Origin: Candidatus Uhrbacteria bacterium GW2011_GWC2_41_11
Lineage (GTDB): Bacteria; Patescibacteriota; Patescibacteriia; UBA9934; GWF2-40-263
Assembly (NCBI GenBank): GCA_000996355.1
Contig: LCAH01000001.1
Span: forward strand, 85,958 to 149,957
Reading direction: 5' to 3'
Length of the DNA stretch: 64,000 nt
Below the pieces are notes generated by a model. That model saw nothing but the letters and a program-made list of their open reading frames with translations, searched no databases and was not told the origin of the DNA. Position 1 is the first letter of the stretch. Each line of letters begins with the position of its first letter. The translations under genes and the position numbers were made by a program. Shown in pieces: positions 9,319 through 17,708 of the stretch.

Positions 9319-10806
9319 TTAGGTGCGGACAAGTGAAGTACTTGTTTCGCCAAGAATAATAAGGAAATCAACATTTTTTTCCGTGGTTTTTGCTTCCGTA
9401 TTTTCATTGCTTACAGAAATTTCTTTTGGAACAATGCCTTTTGCAAACATCCATCCGGAAGCAGACATAGAAATATCCGCTTTTAAAAATTCTTGAAGAA
9501 TTTTTAATTCCTCGGTTCGTTGTCCGTCTGTGAGATCATAAATAACGGTGCGAGAATATTCGCGTTCAGCTGCGTTTCCAATTTTCACCACTTCAAATCC
9601 CTGACCTTCCAGAAGTTGAGCGGTGTAGGAAGCTAAGCCTTTTGTTCCTGTTCCATTCTGAATTTCTACACGAACAAAATGGGTTTGTTTTTCCGGAGCT
9701 TTTGCAAGAACATCTTCTTTCCAAGTGGTTGAATCAAAGACATGATCCGCAAGAAGACGAAGCGGTTCCCAGTCATCATTTTTTGGAAGAAGAACAAACC
9801 CAAGCCCTTCCAGAGAAGTCGGATAGATCGGACTGTCTGGAGATGTATCCAACACATGGTTCACGATATTGTTTGAGTCGTAGTTTCGCAAAAGTTTTGC
9901 TAAACGCACCATTTCCCATAGAGAAAGATTCGTCTGAACGTGACCTTCCAACATGGTGAAAATTCCATTGATTTTTCCTGGATTGAGCCAGGTGTTCAGA
10001 CGAAACGTTTTTTCCTTTACAGCCAGAAGAATTTTTTGCTGACGTCGGCTACGGGCGAAATCTGAGCCTTCCCCATTTGTTCCATGACGGGATCTGGTAT
10101 AAATGAGAGCAGTTTTTCCATCCATGGTTTGCCATCCTTCTTTAAAGGAGATTGTTTGAATAAGATCGTCTTCTGTTGGGTATTGCGAATCAACGAAGGA
10201 ATGTTCGACAAAAACATCAACACCTCCCAAGGTATCAATCAGTTCTTGAAAAGCGTCAAAGTCCACCTTGACATAATAATGGATGTTTTGTCCAAATAGA
10301 TTGCTTAAAACTTTGCCTGTTTCCGCTGCTCCGGTTCCTGGATCATCTTTTTCCGCAAGAGCGTTGACGGAGTTGATTTTTCGCCATCCATAGCCTGGAA
10401 CAGGGACAGTTAAGTCTCGAGGGATGGAAAACATTCCAACAGAAGTGTCTGACGGGCGTACGCTGCCAAAAATAATAGTGTCTGTAAGTTCAGGACCGTC
10501 ATGTCCAGCGCCTCCCACTCCGAGTAAGAGAAAATTGATACGGTCCCCTTCTTCTCCTTTTAAGAGTTTGTCATCTGTTTGAACAAGTTCGCGGAGCGTG
10601 GAGAAGAGGGAGAGACGGGGAAATGATCCGAGACGAGCCTCACCACTCGTGGCAACTTGGTGGGAAAAAATTCCTCCAAATGAAGCAATCACGATCGAAA
10701 CAATAACAAAAAGACGGCGGAAAAAAATAAATGGCCGCGTTCCATCTGTGTCCAGTCGATATTTTTTTCGCAAGAAATCAATCTTCAAATCATCCATACG
10801 AATCAT
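9319..10806 (-). CDS. LytR-CpsA-Psr (LCP) family cell-envelope polymer transferase with C-terminal LytR_C domain
   Basis: N-terminal TM segment; LCP core INFLLLGVGGAGHDGPELTDTIIFGSVRPSDTSVGMFSIPRDL...GYGWRKINSVNA; C-terminal LytR_C-like region. Confidence 0.8.
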   Translation of the reverse strand: MIRMDDLKIDFLRKKYRLDTDGTRPFIFFRRLFVIVSIVIASFGGIFSHQVATSGEARLGSFPRLSLFSTLRELVQTDDKLLKGEEGDRINFLLLGVGGAGHDGPELTDTIIFGSVRPSDTSVGMFSIPRDLTVPVPGYGWRKINSVNALAEKDDPGTGAAETGKVLSNLFGQNIHYYVKVDFDAFQELIDTLGGVDVFVEHSFVDSQYPTEDDLIQTISFKEGWQTMDGKTALIYTRSRHGTNGEGSDFARSRRQQKILLAVKEKTFRLNTWLNPGKINGIFTMLEGHVQTNLSLWEMVRLAKLLRNYDSNNIVNHVLDTSPDSPIYPTSLEGLGFVLLPKNDDWEPLRLLADHVFDSTTWKEDVLAKAPEKQTHFVRVEIQNGTGTKGLASYTAQLLEGQGFEVVKIGNAAEREYSRTVIYDLTDGQRTEELKILQEFLKADISMSASGWMFAKGIVPKEISVSNENTEAKTTEKNVDFLIILGETSTSLVRT

Positions 10807-10921
10807 TGAGTATTATAAGGAAGAAGAAGAGGAAAAACAAGAGGAGAGTAATAAAAAAAAGACGATGTTTAAAATAAAAACCCTTTGAAAGGAAAACATT
10901 CCTACAAAGGGTTGTGTCGAT

Positions 10922-12211
10922 TTACACAAGCGGGAAATTTTTTTTGAGAAACTCCCCGAATTGTTCGACGAATTCTTCGTCATACCAATCATCCCAGGTG
11001 TACTGGGAGAGTGGTTCTATTCCACTCCTATCAAGAAAGATTTGAACATTGTCCACCCACCAATCCTTGCTTGACGAACCTATGTTATCGTCAAGAAAGA
11101 TTCCGTGGACTTGCCTGGTACCGACAATGGCGAATCCACTTGGGTAGTTGTCACTGGCATAGAGGACACTTCCTCCGTACCCATGAATCTTCAGCGCTTT
11201 GACCCAATCTTTAAAGAGAGAGGATTCGGAATAGATAAAGAAATTATACGATTTCTTTGCCTTTGGTCCAGGTATAACTGTGACACCAAAGGCACCAAGC
11301 ACCGTTTCGTCTCTGACTTTTTCAATCAGAGGGACGTCGGCGTCTTTGTAACGCTGAATGCGCTGCGCGTCTTTTATGAGACCTTGTGCCTCAATGTCCA
11401 AACACACAAGGAATTCCAGTTTTATTCCATCCGCAGCGGCTTTTTCCCGCAGCTCTGCAATGACTTGTCGAGTCTTCTCAACTTCACCGCGTCGGATATA
11501 CGTGAAAATTTCGTCCGTTTTCCAAAGCGGGGAAGGAAAGACCTCCCCTTTTTTTTCAAGAAACTGAATGAGAGTTCCACTAATTGTCGGTGTATCAGTG
11601 GAAGAGACATCGATTTCTTGTGTCCCAATAGATTCGGAGACAAAGTCAAAGACAAGTCGACAAAGATATTGCCGATCGTCTGTTCTTTTTTTGTCGACCC
11701 CTCCGAAACGAGTCCATGTCTCTTTGACAAGGATTGTCCCGTCCGCTGTTGAGAGTTCGTAGCTCGCCTGTTGAGAAGTATCTTTTCGTATGCCCCATTG
11801 CATGGAGATAAGAAGTTCGTCGCCGAGGGTCATCCCGAGATTTATTCCCGCAGGTTTCGTCTGCGAAAGATAATCACCCAGGGTCAGACCGCGGTCTTTG
11901 GGTCTTACGATACGGAGCGGTGCGCCCGCGATTGCTTCCAGCAGTTTAATTCGCGGAAGCACGGCGTCCTTCAGGTAAATGTCGAGCTCGTCATCTTTGA
12001 GACTACGGATCGTGTCGTCGAACACATCCTTTCCATGATCTCTGCGGATGATCGCGAGGAACCGGCAACTCCTGGCTTCCTCATCGCTATAGTTTAGCGA
12101 CTGCGCCTTTTCAAATGCACCATTTGGACTCATTGTTCCTGCAATCTGCAGGAGTTCTTCATGAGTCAGTGCCAATCGTGATCGAACTTTCAAATCTTCT
12201 ATATCTCTCAT
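10922..12211 (-). CDS. Hypothetical protein (429 aa) in a GC-elevated segment at the 3' side of tRNA-Val; possibly horizontally acquired
   Basis: Long ORF with SD-like caggagg 6 nt upstream of the ATG. Local GC is about 50-52% by eye against about 40-42% in flanking genes. I recognise no domain (segments such as HGYGGSVLYASDNYPSGFAIVGTRQVHGIFLDDN match nothing I know). Confidence 0.6.
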   Translation of the reverse strand: MRDIEDLKVRSRLALTHEELLQIAGTMSPNGAFEKAQSLNYSDEEARSCRFLAIIRRDHGKDVFDDTIRSLKDDELDIYLKDAVLPRIKLLEAIAGAPLRIVRPKDRGLTLGDYLSQTKPAGINLGMTLGDELLISMQWGIRKDTSQQASYELSTADGTILVKETWTRFGGVDKKRTDDRQYLCRLVFDFVSESIGTQEIDVSSTDTPTISGTLIQFLEKKGEVFPSPLWKTDEIFTYIRRGEVEKTRQVIAELREKAAADGIKLEFLVCLDIEAQGLIKDAQRIQRYKDADVPLIEKVRDETVLGAFGVTVIPGPKAKKSYNFFIYSESSLFKDWVKALKIHGYGGSVLYASDNYPSGFAIVGTRQVHGIFLDDNIGSSSKDWWVDNVQIFLDRSGIEPLSQYTWDDWYDEEFVEQFGEFLKKNFPLV

Positions 12212-12348
12212 TTCATCCTCCTGTGGCGTGCCACGTAGCGTGCCTATTTTTCGGATTGCACTCCTTTTTAAGAGAAAGGAGGTTTTTACTTATCAGAATT
12301 TAAGTATTTTGTCAATTTTTGAAAACAAAAAACATCCTCATGATGTTC

Positions 12349-12425
12349 TGGTGGACGCACCTGGATTCGAACCAGGGACCTCTGCAATGTGAATGCAGCG
12401 CTCTAACCAACTGAGCTATGCGTCC
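12349..12425 (-). tRNA. tRNA-Val (anticodon CAC)
   Basis: Reverse complement folds as a cloverleaf: acceptor GGACGCA/TGCGTCC, D-arm GCTC-AGTTGGTTA-GAGC, anticodon stem CTGCA/TGCAG with loop TTCACAT (U33, CAC, A37), T-arm CCTGG-TTCGAAT-CCAGG, and an encoded CCA. Confidence 0.9.
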
Positions 12426-12540
12426 ATGTCTGGCAGAATAGCAAAGGTTTCTTTTCTCTTCAAGAGAGAGATTGAAGACTTGTCGTGATGTTTTTTTTCT
12501 GATATTGTGACCCTATCTTAAGCCTTTTTTCATAAGGATT

Positions 12541-13158
12541 ATGTCTTTTTTTCACGGATCAGATCATACGCCGGATCAGTTCTGGCATAGAAAATTCGGA
12601 CCCGTGGTTGGGGCGGGAATTCTTTTTGTGTTGGAGATTATCCAGATTTTGGTTTTTTCCGCAGCGATTATCATTCCCATCCGATATTTTCTTATCCAGC
12701 CTTTTTATGTAAAAGGAGCATCCATGGAGCCGAATTTTTATGATCACGAATATCTTCTTATTGATGAAATCAGTTATCGATTTCGTGAACCGAAACGGGG
12801 AGATATTATTGTATTCCGTTATCCGCGGAATCCTTCTGAATTCTTTATTAAACGTGTGGTTGGTTTACCAGGAGAAACCGTCGAAATTTTGGATGGAGTT
12901 GTTACGCTCTATAATAATGAACATCCAAATGGTATTCGACTCGAGGAATCTTATTTGTCCGGTGCCTATACGCCAGGTCGTATAAAATATGTGCTTGGTT
13001 CTGATGAATATATCGTATTGGGAGACAATCGTGATGCGAGTTTGGATTCGCGCGCATTTGGTCCTGTAAAACGAGATGAATTGGTTGGACGCGTTTGGAT
13101 ACGGGGACTTCCTCTCAATCGTGCGGGAATTTTTGAAACTCCAGAGTATCCGTTGTAA
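12541..13158 (+). CDS. lepB: Signal peptidase I
   Basis: N-terminal TM segment; catalytic Ser box GASMEPNF; Lys box KRVVGLPGE; GDNRDASLDSRAFGPV motif. Confidence 0.92.
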   Translation: MSFFHGSDHTPDQFWHRKFGPVVGAGILFVLEIIQILVFSAAIIIPIRYFLIQPFYVKGASMEPNFYDHEYLLIDEISYRFREPKRGDIIVFRYPRNPSEFFIKRVVGLPGETVEILDGVVTLYNNEHPNGIRLEESYLSGAYTPGRIKYVLGSDEYIVLGDNRDASLDSRAFGPVKRDELVGRVWIRGLPLNRAGIFETPEYPL

Positions 13159-13199
13159 TTATGAAACATGAATTTCATGTTTCTTTCATTTGAGCGTTT

Positions 13200-14630
13200 A
13201 TGCCTAAAAAAGTATTTTCAATAAAAAAATCTGTGAGTTCAAAAAAAGCTCCGGAATCCGAGGAAGAATTATTTTCAGAACCTTCAGAAACAAAGAAGGC
13301 AGTTGTCAATTCTCCATCCGTTGTTCGTGCAGGAAAGAGAACCCCGGAACTCTTACGTGGATTTCGAGATATTTTACCGGACGAACAGCCTTATTGGGAT
13401 ATGGTTCGGGATGCAACGCGTTCTGTGGCTGAAGCATACAGTTTTGATCGGATTGATTTGCCGATTTTGGAACGAGAAGAATTGATTTTGCGTACGATTG
13501 GAAAACAGACGGACATTGTAGAAAAAGAGATGTATGCGTTTGAGGATCAGGGGGGAGATCGGGTTGTGTTACGTCCTGAAATGACTGCATCTGCTGTCCG
13601 AGCGTATATCAATCACGGCATGCTGAATCTATCACAGCCGGTTAAGTTATATTACATGGGTCCGAATTTTCGCTATGAACGTCCACAGGCAGGGAGATAT
13701 CGTCAACATCATCAGATCGGGTTTGAAGTGATGGGAAGTGAAGAACCTATCCTAGATGCTCAGCTTATGGTTCTCACGTTTCATTTATTGAAGGATCTTG
13801 GTATCGATACGGTCATGCATGTGAATTCCATTGGAACACTCGAATCTCGTCAGCAATATAAAACAGAATTGACTTCGTATTATCGCAGCAAGCGCAATCA
13901 GATTTGCGAAGATTGCAAACGGCGTCTTTTGAAAAATCCGTTGCGTCTTTTGGATTGTAAAGTAGAGACCTGTCAGCCGATCAAAGCGGATGCACCGCAA
14001 ATTCTTGATTGGTTGGATGAAGATTCGAAAAATCATTTCATGCACGTTCTTGAATTTTTAGATGAGGCAGGAGTGCCTTATACACTTGATTCCAGGCTGG
14101 TTCGAGGGCTGGACTATTATACGCGTACTGTTTTTGAGATTTGGGCGGCGGCGGATGAAGGGGAACGTTCACAGAATTCTTTGGGCGGCGGTGGACGCTA
14201 TGATAATCTCATTGAAATGCTTGGCGGAAGGGAGGGAACTCCGGCCTGCGGAGTAGCCCTTGGAATGGAACGAATCATCTTGGCTATGCGTGAACTTCAA
14301 GTAGAAATACCTAAACATGGAGCAGATGTTTTTTTTGCTCAGCTCGGGGATGCTGCTCGCAGGCAGGGATTGCGGCTCTTTGAAGAATGTCGACGTTCCG
14401 GTATCCGTATTCGTGAGGCATTTGGAAAAAATGCCTTGAAGACTCAATTGGAACTGGCAAATAAATGTGCCGTTCCTTATACATTGATTTTGGGGCAGAA
14501 GGAAGTCTTAGATGGAACCATTATCATTCGAGATATGGAATCGGGTGCGCAGGAGATTGCTGATGTAACAAAAATCGTTTCTCTTTTAAAAAAGAAGCTT
14601 GAACCAAAGGAAAAGGAAGAAAAAAGTTGA
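13200..14630 (+). CDS. hisS: Histidyl-tRNA synthetase with an N-terminal extension of about 45 aa that is Lys/Ser-rich
   Basis: Class II motifs: GFRDILPDE, MYAFEDQGGDRVVLRPEMTA, YYMGPNFRYERPQAGRYRQHHQIGFEV, GGGRYDNL; C-terminal anticodon-binding domain. Confidence 0.93.
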   Translation: MPKKVFSIKKSVSSKKAPESEEELFSEPSETKKAVVNSPSVVRAGKRTPELLRGFRDILPDEQPYWDMVRDATRSVAEAYSFDRIDLPILEREELILRTIGKQTDIVEKEMYAFEDQGGDRVVLRPEMTASAVRAYINHGMLNLSQPVKLYYMGPNFRYERPQAGRYRQHHQIGFEVMGSEEPILDAQLMVLTFHLLKDLGIDTVMHVNSIGTLESRQQYKTELTSYYRSKRNQICEDCKRRLLKNPLRLLDCKVETCQPIKADAPQILDWLDEDSKNHFMHVLEFLDEAGVPYTLDSRLVRGLDYYTRTVFEIWAAADEGERSQNSLGGGGRYDNLIEMLGGREGTPACGVALGMERIILAMRELQVEIPKHGADVFFAQLGDAARRQGLRLFEECRRSGIRIREAFGKNALKTQLELANKCAVPYTLILGQKEVLDGTIIIRDMESGAQEIADVTKIVSLLKKKLEPKEKEEKS

Positions 14631-14672
14631 CAACAAATTGATTTTTCAGTATCTTTTTGCCGAAAGGTTCGG

Positions 14673-14693
14673 GGTCGTTAAACGACCTATTTA
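14673..14693 (+). terminator. Weak hairpin after hisS
   Basis: ggtcgt-taa-acgacc followed by a tatttat tail. Confidence 0.3.
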
Positions 14694-14747
14694 TCCAAAA
14701 GAGATTTTTTGAAATTCTCTTTATCTAAGAAAGGAAGGTGATTATCT

Positions 14748-14999
14748 GTGCTTGATATTAAACGTCGTAAAGGAGAAAGCTTTGAAAGTATGCTCCGCCG
14801 ATTTACAAAACGGATCCAGGAAAGCGGAAAAATGCTTCAGGCAAAAAAAATTCGTTTTCATACGAAAAAGAAAAATAAGAACGCCGCTCGCAAGAGTGCA
14901 CTGCGTCGCATTGAATTGGCAACCAAGCGGGAATATCTCATCAAGACAGGTCGTCTCACCGAAGAGGATCAGCGACATCAACACCGTTCATATCGATAA
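14748..14999 (+). CDS. rpsU: 30S ribosomal protein S21
   Basis: GTG start preceded by aggaaggtg; basic 83-aa protein with LRRFTKRIQESGKMLQAKKIRFHTKKKNKNAARKSA matching S21. Confidence 0.88.
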   Translation: MLDIKRRKGESFESMLRRFTKRIQESGKMLQAKKIRFHTKKKNKNAARKSALRRIELATKREYLIKTGRLTEEDQRHQHRSYR

Positions 15000-15055
15000 G
15001 ATAAAAAGAAAAAAGGTGATGTGGCTTTGCTCGTCACCTTTTTTAAAAAAAATGT

Positions 15056-15499
15056 ATGTCTATACTTGAACGAATTCAACAGGAGACAACGGCAGCCATG
15101 AAAGAACATCGAGAGGCGGAACTTTCTACCCTTCGTCTTTTGCGTGCGGCTTTGAAGAATCGACAAATTGAATTATTGCGGGAATTGTCAGATGAGGATG
15201 TTCTTGCCATTGTGCGTTCACAAATAAAACAGATAAAAGATGCAATTGTTTCTTTTGAAGCCGGGCAGCGTGCAGATTTAATTGAGAAGGCAAAAGCGGA
15301 AATAAAAGTGTTGGAACACTATCTTCCTGCTCCTTTATCTCAAGAAGAACTTGTGACAATCGTGCGGACTGCTTTGGAAGCGGCAGGTCTTTCAAAAAAA
15401 ACAGATAAGGGAAAAGCCATGGGTATTGCCATGAAAGCGCTCGCGGGTCGTGCAGATGGAACACAAATAAAAGAGGTTGTTGAGACCTGTTTGGCCTAA
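15056..15499 (+). CDS. yqeY: GatB/YqeY domain protein
   Basis: YqeY-family sequence throughout (…LRLLRAALKNRQIE…KAKAEIKVLEHYLP…GKAMGIAMKALAGRADG). The rpsU-yqeY pairing is typical. Confidence 0.85.
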   Translation: MSILERIQQETTAAMKEHREAELSTLRLLRAALKNRQIELLRELSDEDVLAIVRSQIKQIKDAIVSFEAGQRADLIEKAKAEIKVLEHYLPAPLSQEELVTIVRTALEAAGLSKKTDKGKAMGIAMKALAGRADGTQIKEVVETCLA

Positions 15500-15501
15500 T
15501 T

Positions 15502-15744
15502 ATGATCGAGCATCTTTCTTCTATTGTGATGCAGGAATGGTTTTTTCGTTTTGTACGAGTCTTGTCTCTTTTTGCCATGATTATTTTTATTCACAGCATT
15601 TTGTTTGGAGCATTTAAACATATGAATGCTTCCGGTCGTGATGATTTGACAGGGGATGGTCGAAAATACATATTGACTGGAACACTTGGCGCGATTGCAA
15701 TGATGATGTTTTTTTTCATGGCTTCGGCTGCTCTTGCTGATTGA
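15502..15744 (+). CDS. Small 2-TM membrane protein, possibly a minimal TrbC/VirB2-like pilin-type protein
   Basis: 80 aa laid out as helix (LSLFAMIIFIHSILFGAF), a polar loop with GDG, then helix (LTGTLGAIAMMMFFFMASAALA). Starts 3 nt after the yqeY stop, directly upstream of the pilin-module proteins. Confidence 0.5.
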   Translation: MIEHLSSIVMQEWFFRFVRVLSLFAMIIFIHSILFGAFKHMNASGRDDLTGDGRKYILTGTLGAIAMMMFFFMASAALAD

Positions 15745-15845
15745 CGATTGCGGGATGTTTTTATTTCTCTGGGCATGAGAAATGATTTCGTGTACAATAA
15801 AGAAAAATTGGCTGAGGTTTCATGTTGCAGAGAGGGAACCACAAT

Positions 15846-17699
15846 ATGCGTTTACGAAAGACCGCCATGGCTCTTGGCGTATTTGTGTTTGTGGGGATTT
15901 TGATGGTGTTAGGAACAAGAGATGTTTACGCACAAATAAACAGTGCAAGCGTGAATGCTGTCGGTTCTGCTTCCGGATTGTCTACGCAGGAATTAACGAT
16001 TCTTATTGCTCGTATCATTCGGGCAGCGCTTGGTGTTCTTGGAATTGTTTTCGTTGCACTGATTGTGTATGCCGGTTATTTGTACATGATTTCATCCGGC
16101 GATCCGGTGAAAACAGCGAATGCAAAAAAAATCATCAAAAGTGCTGCGATAGGTCTTGTCATTATTTTTGCTTCGTATTCCATTGCGAGTTATGTCCTTG
16201 GAAGATTATTAGCTGCGGCCGGACTCGCAGGAACAACGACAACAACAGCTGCACCATATTCAGAACCATTATCCGGTTCTCTTGGATCTGGAATGATTGA
16301 AAATCATTACCCAGGACGCAACGCTATTGATATTCCTCGCAATACTCGAATCATGATTACATTCAAGGAACCAATGAATCCTGATTCTTTTGTAAAGGAT
16401 GATGATAAGGATCCAGCGACAACCGATGATATGAATACAGATAATCTTTTGATCTATCCAACGGATTCTGTGAATGGATCTGAAGGAGTTGAAGCAAAAG
16501 ATGTTGCATTGGCGAGTACGGCTGTTGCGGTTAGTTATACGGAAGATCTTCGTACCTTTGTTTTTGATCCTATTGATTTGTTGGGGAATGCGCTTGAAGA
16601 TACAAATTATACCGTGAAAATACAGCCAGATAGTTTGAAAGCTGATGGAACAGCAGTGTTTTCCGGAGCCTATGCAGAAGGATATGAATGGAGTTTTGAA
16701 GTTTCAACCGAAGTAGACCTCACTCCTCCAAAAGTGGTCTCTGCCATTCCTGTCTCTTCAGACAATCCATACGATCGGAATGTGACGATTCAGATCACAT
16801 TTAATGAGGCTATGGATCCCGTTGCTGTATCCGGAACCTACGATCCGAATCAAGAAAAAACATTTTCTAATATCGAAATAGTAGCCACTCCTGAGGGAGA
16901 AACGAAAAATAACGTTTATGGATCTTTTCTTATAAGTAATGGATACAAGACCGTAGAATTTACCTCGTTTGATGCATGCAGCAAGGATCCTTGCGGAGAT
17001 ACCATTTATTGTCTGCCAGCGCTTGCAAATATCGAAGTACAAGCACATGCAGCAGGTTTGAGTACCGATCCGCCTCAAGCTTCCATGATAGGTGGTTTGT
17101 TTGATGGACTAGCTGATGCGGCAGGAAATTCTCTTGATGGAGATGGAGATGGAACTGCAGAAGGTCCTGGGGTAAGTTTAGATGATTATCAATGGAATTT
17201 TCAGACATCAGACGCTATTAATGATGATGTTCCAGAAATTATTTCTTTGTCTCCGGGAATTCGAGAAGAAAATGTGGATTTGAACACACAGGTGAAAGTG
17301 ACGTTTAATATGCTTATGCAGTCATCTTCATTAAATAGTGATGCGATTCGTCTTATTCCAGATCAGGTACAGGAACTTTGGTATACTCTTTCGCAGATGT
17401 CTTTAAATAGCAACTTTCAACCAGCAAATGTAGAAGAAAACCCTGTTTATACCCAGGCAATGGTGGATCATGCTTCTTTTTGGGAGAGTGATGAAACACA
17501 GGGAATTTTTTATAATTACTATCCTGTCATTTCGAATGATGTAAAGAGCGTCTATCAGATTTGTATGTATCCATCATACGGACCGTCCAATAGTGAAAGT
17601 TTTTCCTCGTGTGCAACCACATTGCAACCGTATTGTTGTGATGGACTTCCTTCAAATAAGGCGTGTACAACAAATAAGGGAACAACCCTCGGTGATTAG
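15846..17699 (+). CDS. Secreted/surface protein (~617 aa): signal peptide, TrbC/VirB2-like pilin module, then an ectodomain
   Basis: Start set at the ATG with gagggaacc 8 nt upstream; the track ORF begins at 15822. Has a signal peptide, then LTILIARIIRAALGVLGIVFVALIVYAGYLYMISSGDPVKTANAKKIIKSAAIGLVIIFASYSIASYV (two TM helices flanking a short loop), then a Thr-rich linker and about 480 aa with no TM. Confidence 0.75.
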   Translation: MRLRKTAMALGVFVFVGILMVLGTRDVYAQINSASVNAVGSASGLSTQELTILIARIIRAALGVLGIVFVALIVYAGYLYMISSGDPVKTANAKKIIKSAAIGLVIIFASYSIASYVLGRLLAAAGLAGTTTTTAAPYSEPLSGSLGSGMIENHYPGRNAIDIPRNTRIMITFKEPMNPDSFVKDDDKDPATTDDMNTDNLLIYPTDSVNGSEGVEAKDVALASTAVAVSYTEDLRTFVFDPIDLLGNALEDTNYTVKIQPDSLKADGTAVFSGAYAEGYEWSFEVSTEVDLTPPKVVSAIPVSSDNPYDRNVTIQITFNEAMDPVAVSGTYDPNQEKTFSNIEIVATPEGETKNNVYGSFLISNGYKTVEFTSFDACSKDPCGDTIYCLPALANIEVQAHAAGLSTDPPQASMIGGLFDGLADAAGNSLDGDGDGTAEGPGVSLDDYQWNFQTSDAINDDVPEIISLSPGIREENVDLNTQVKVTFNMLMQSSSLNSDAIRLIPDQVQELWYTLSQMSLNSNFQPANVEENPVYTQAMVDHASFWESDETQGIFYNYYPVISNDVKSVYQICMYPSYGPSNSESFSSCATTLQPYCCDGLPSNKACTTNKGTTLGD

Positions 17700-17708
17700 T
17701 CACAACAC

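Noticed and set aside
11105-11752. 215-aa + strand ORF
   Set aside because: Antisense to the 429-aa minus-strand ORF in a GC-rich segment. Only the minus ORF has an SD and a promoter-like element.
15782-16300. 172-aa Cys-rich + strand ORF
   Set aside because: A different frame overlapping the pilin-module gene. The in-frame gene has a signal peptide, TM helices and a good SD.
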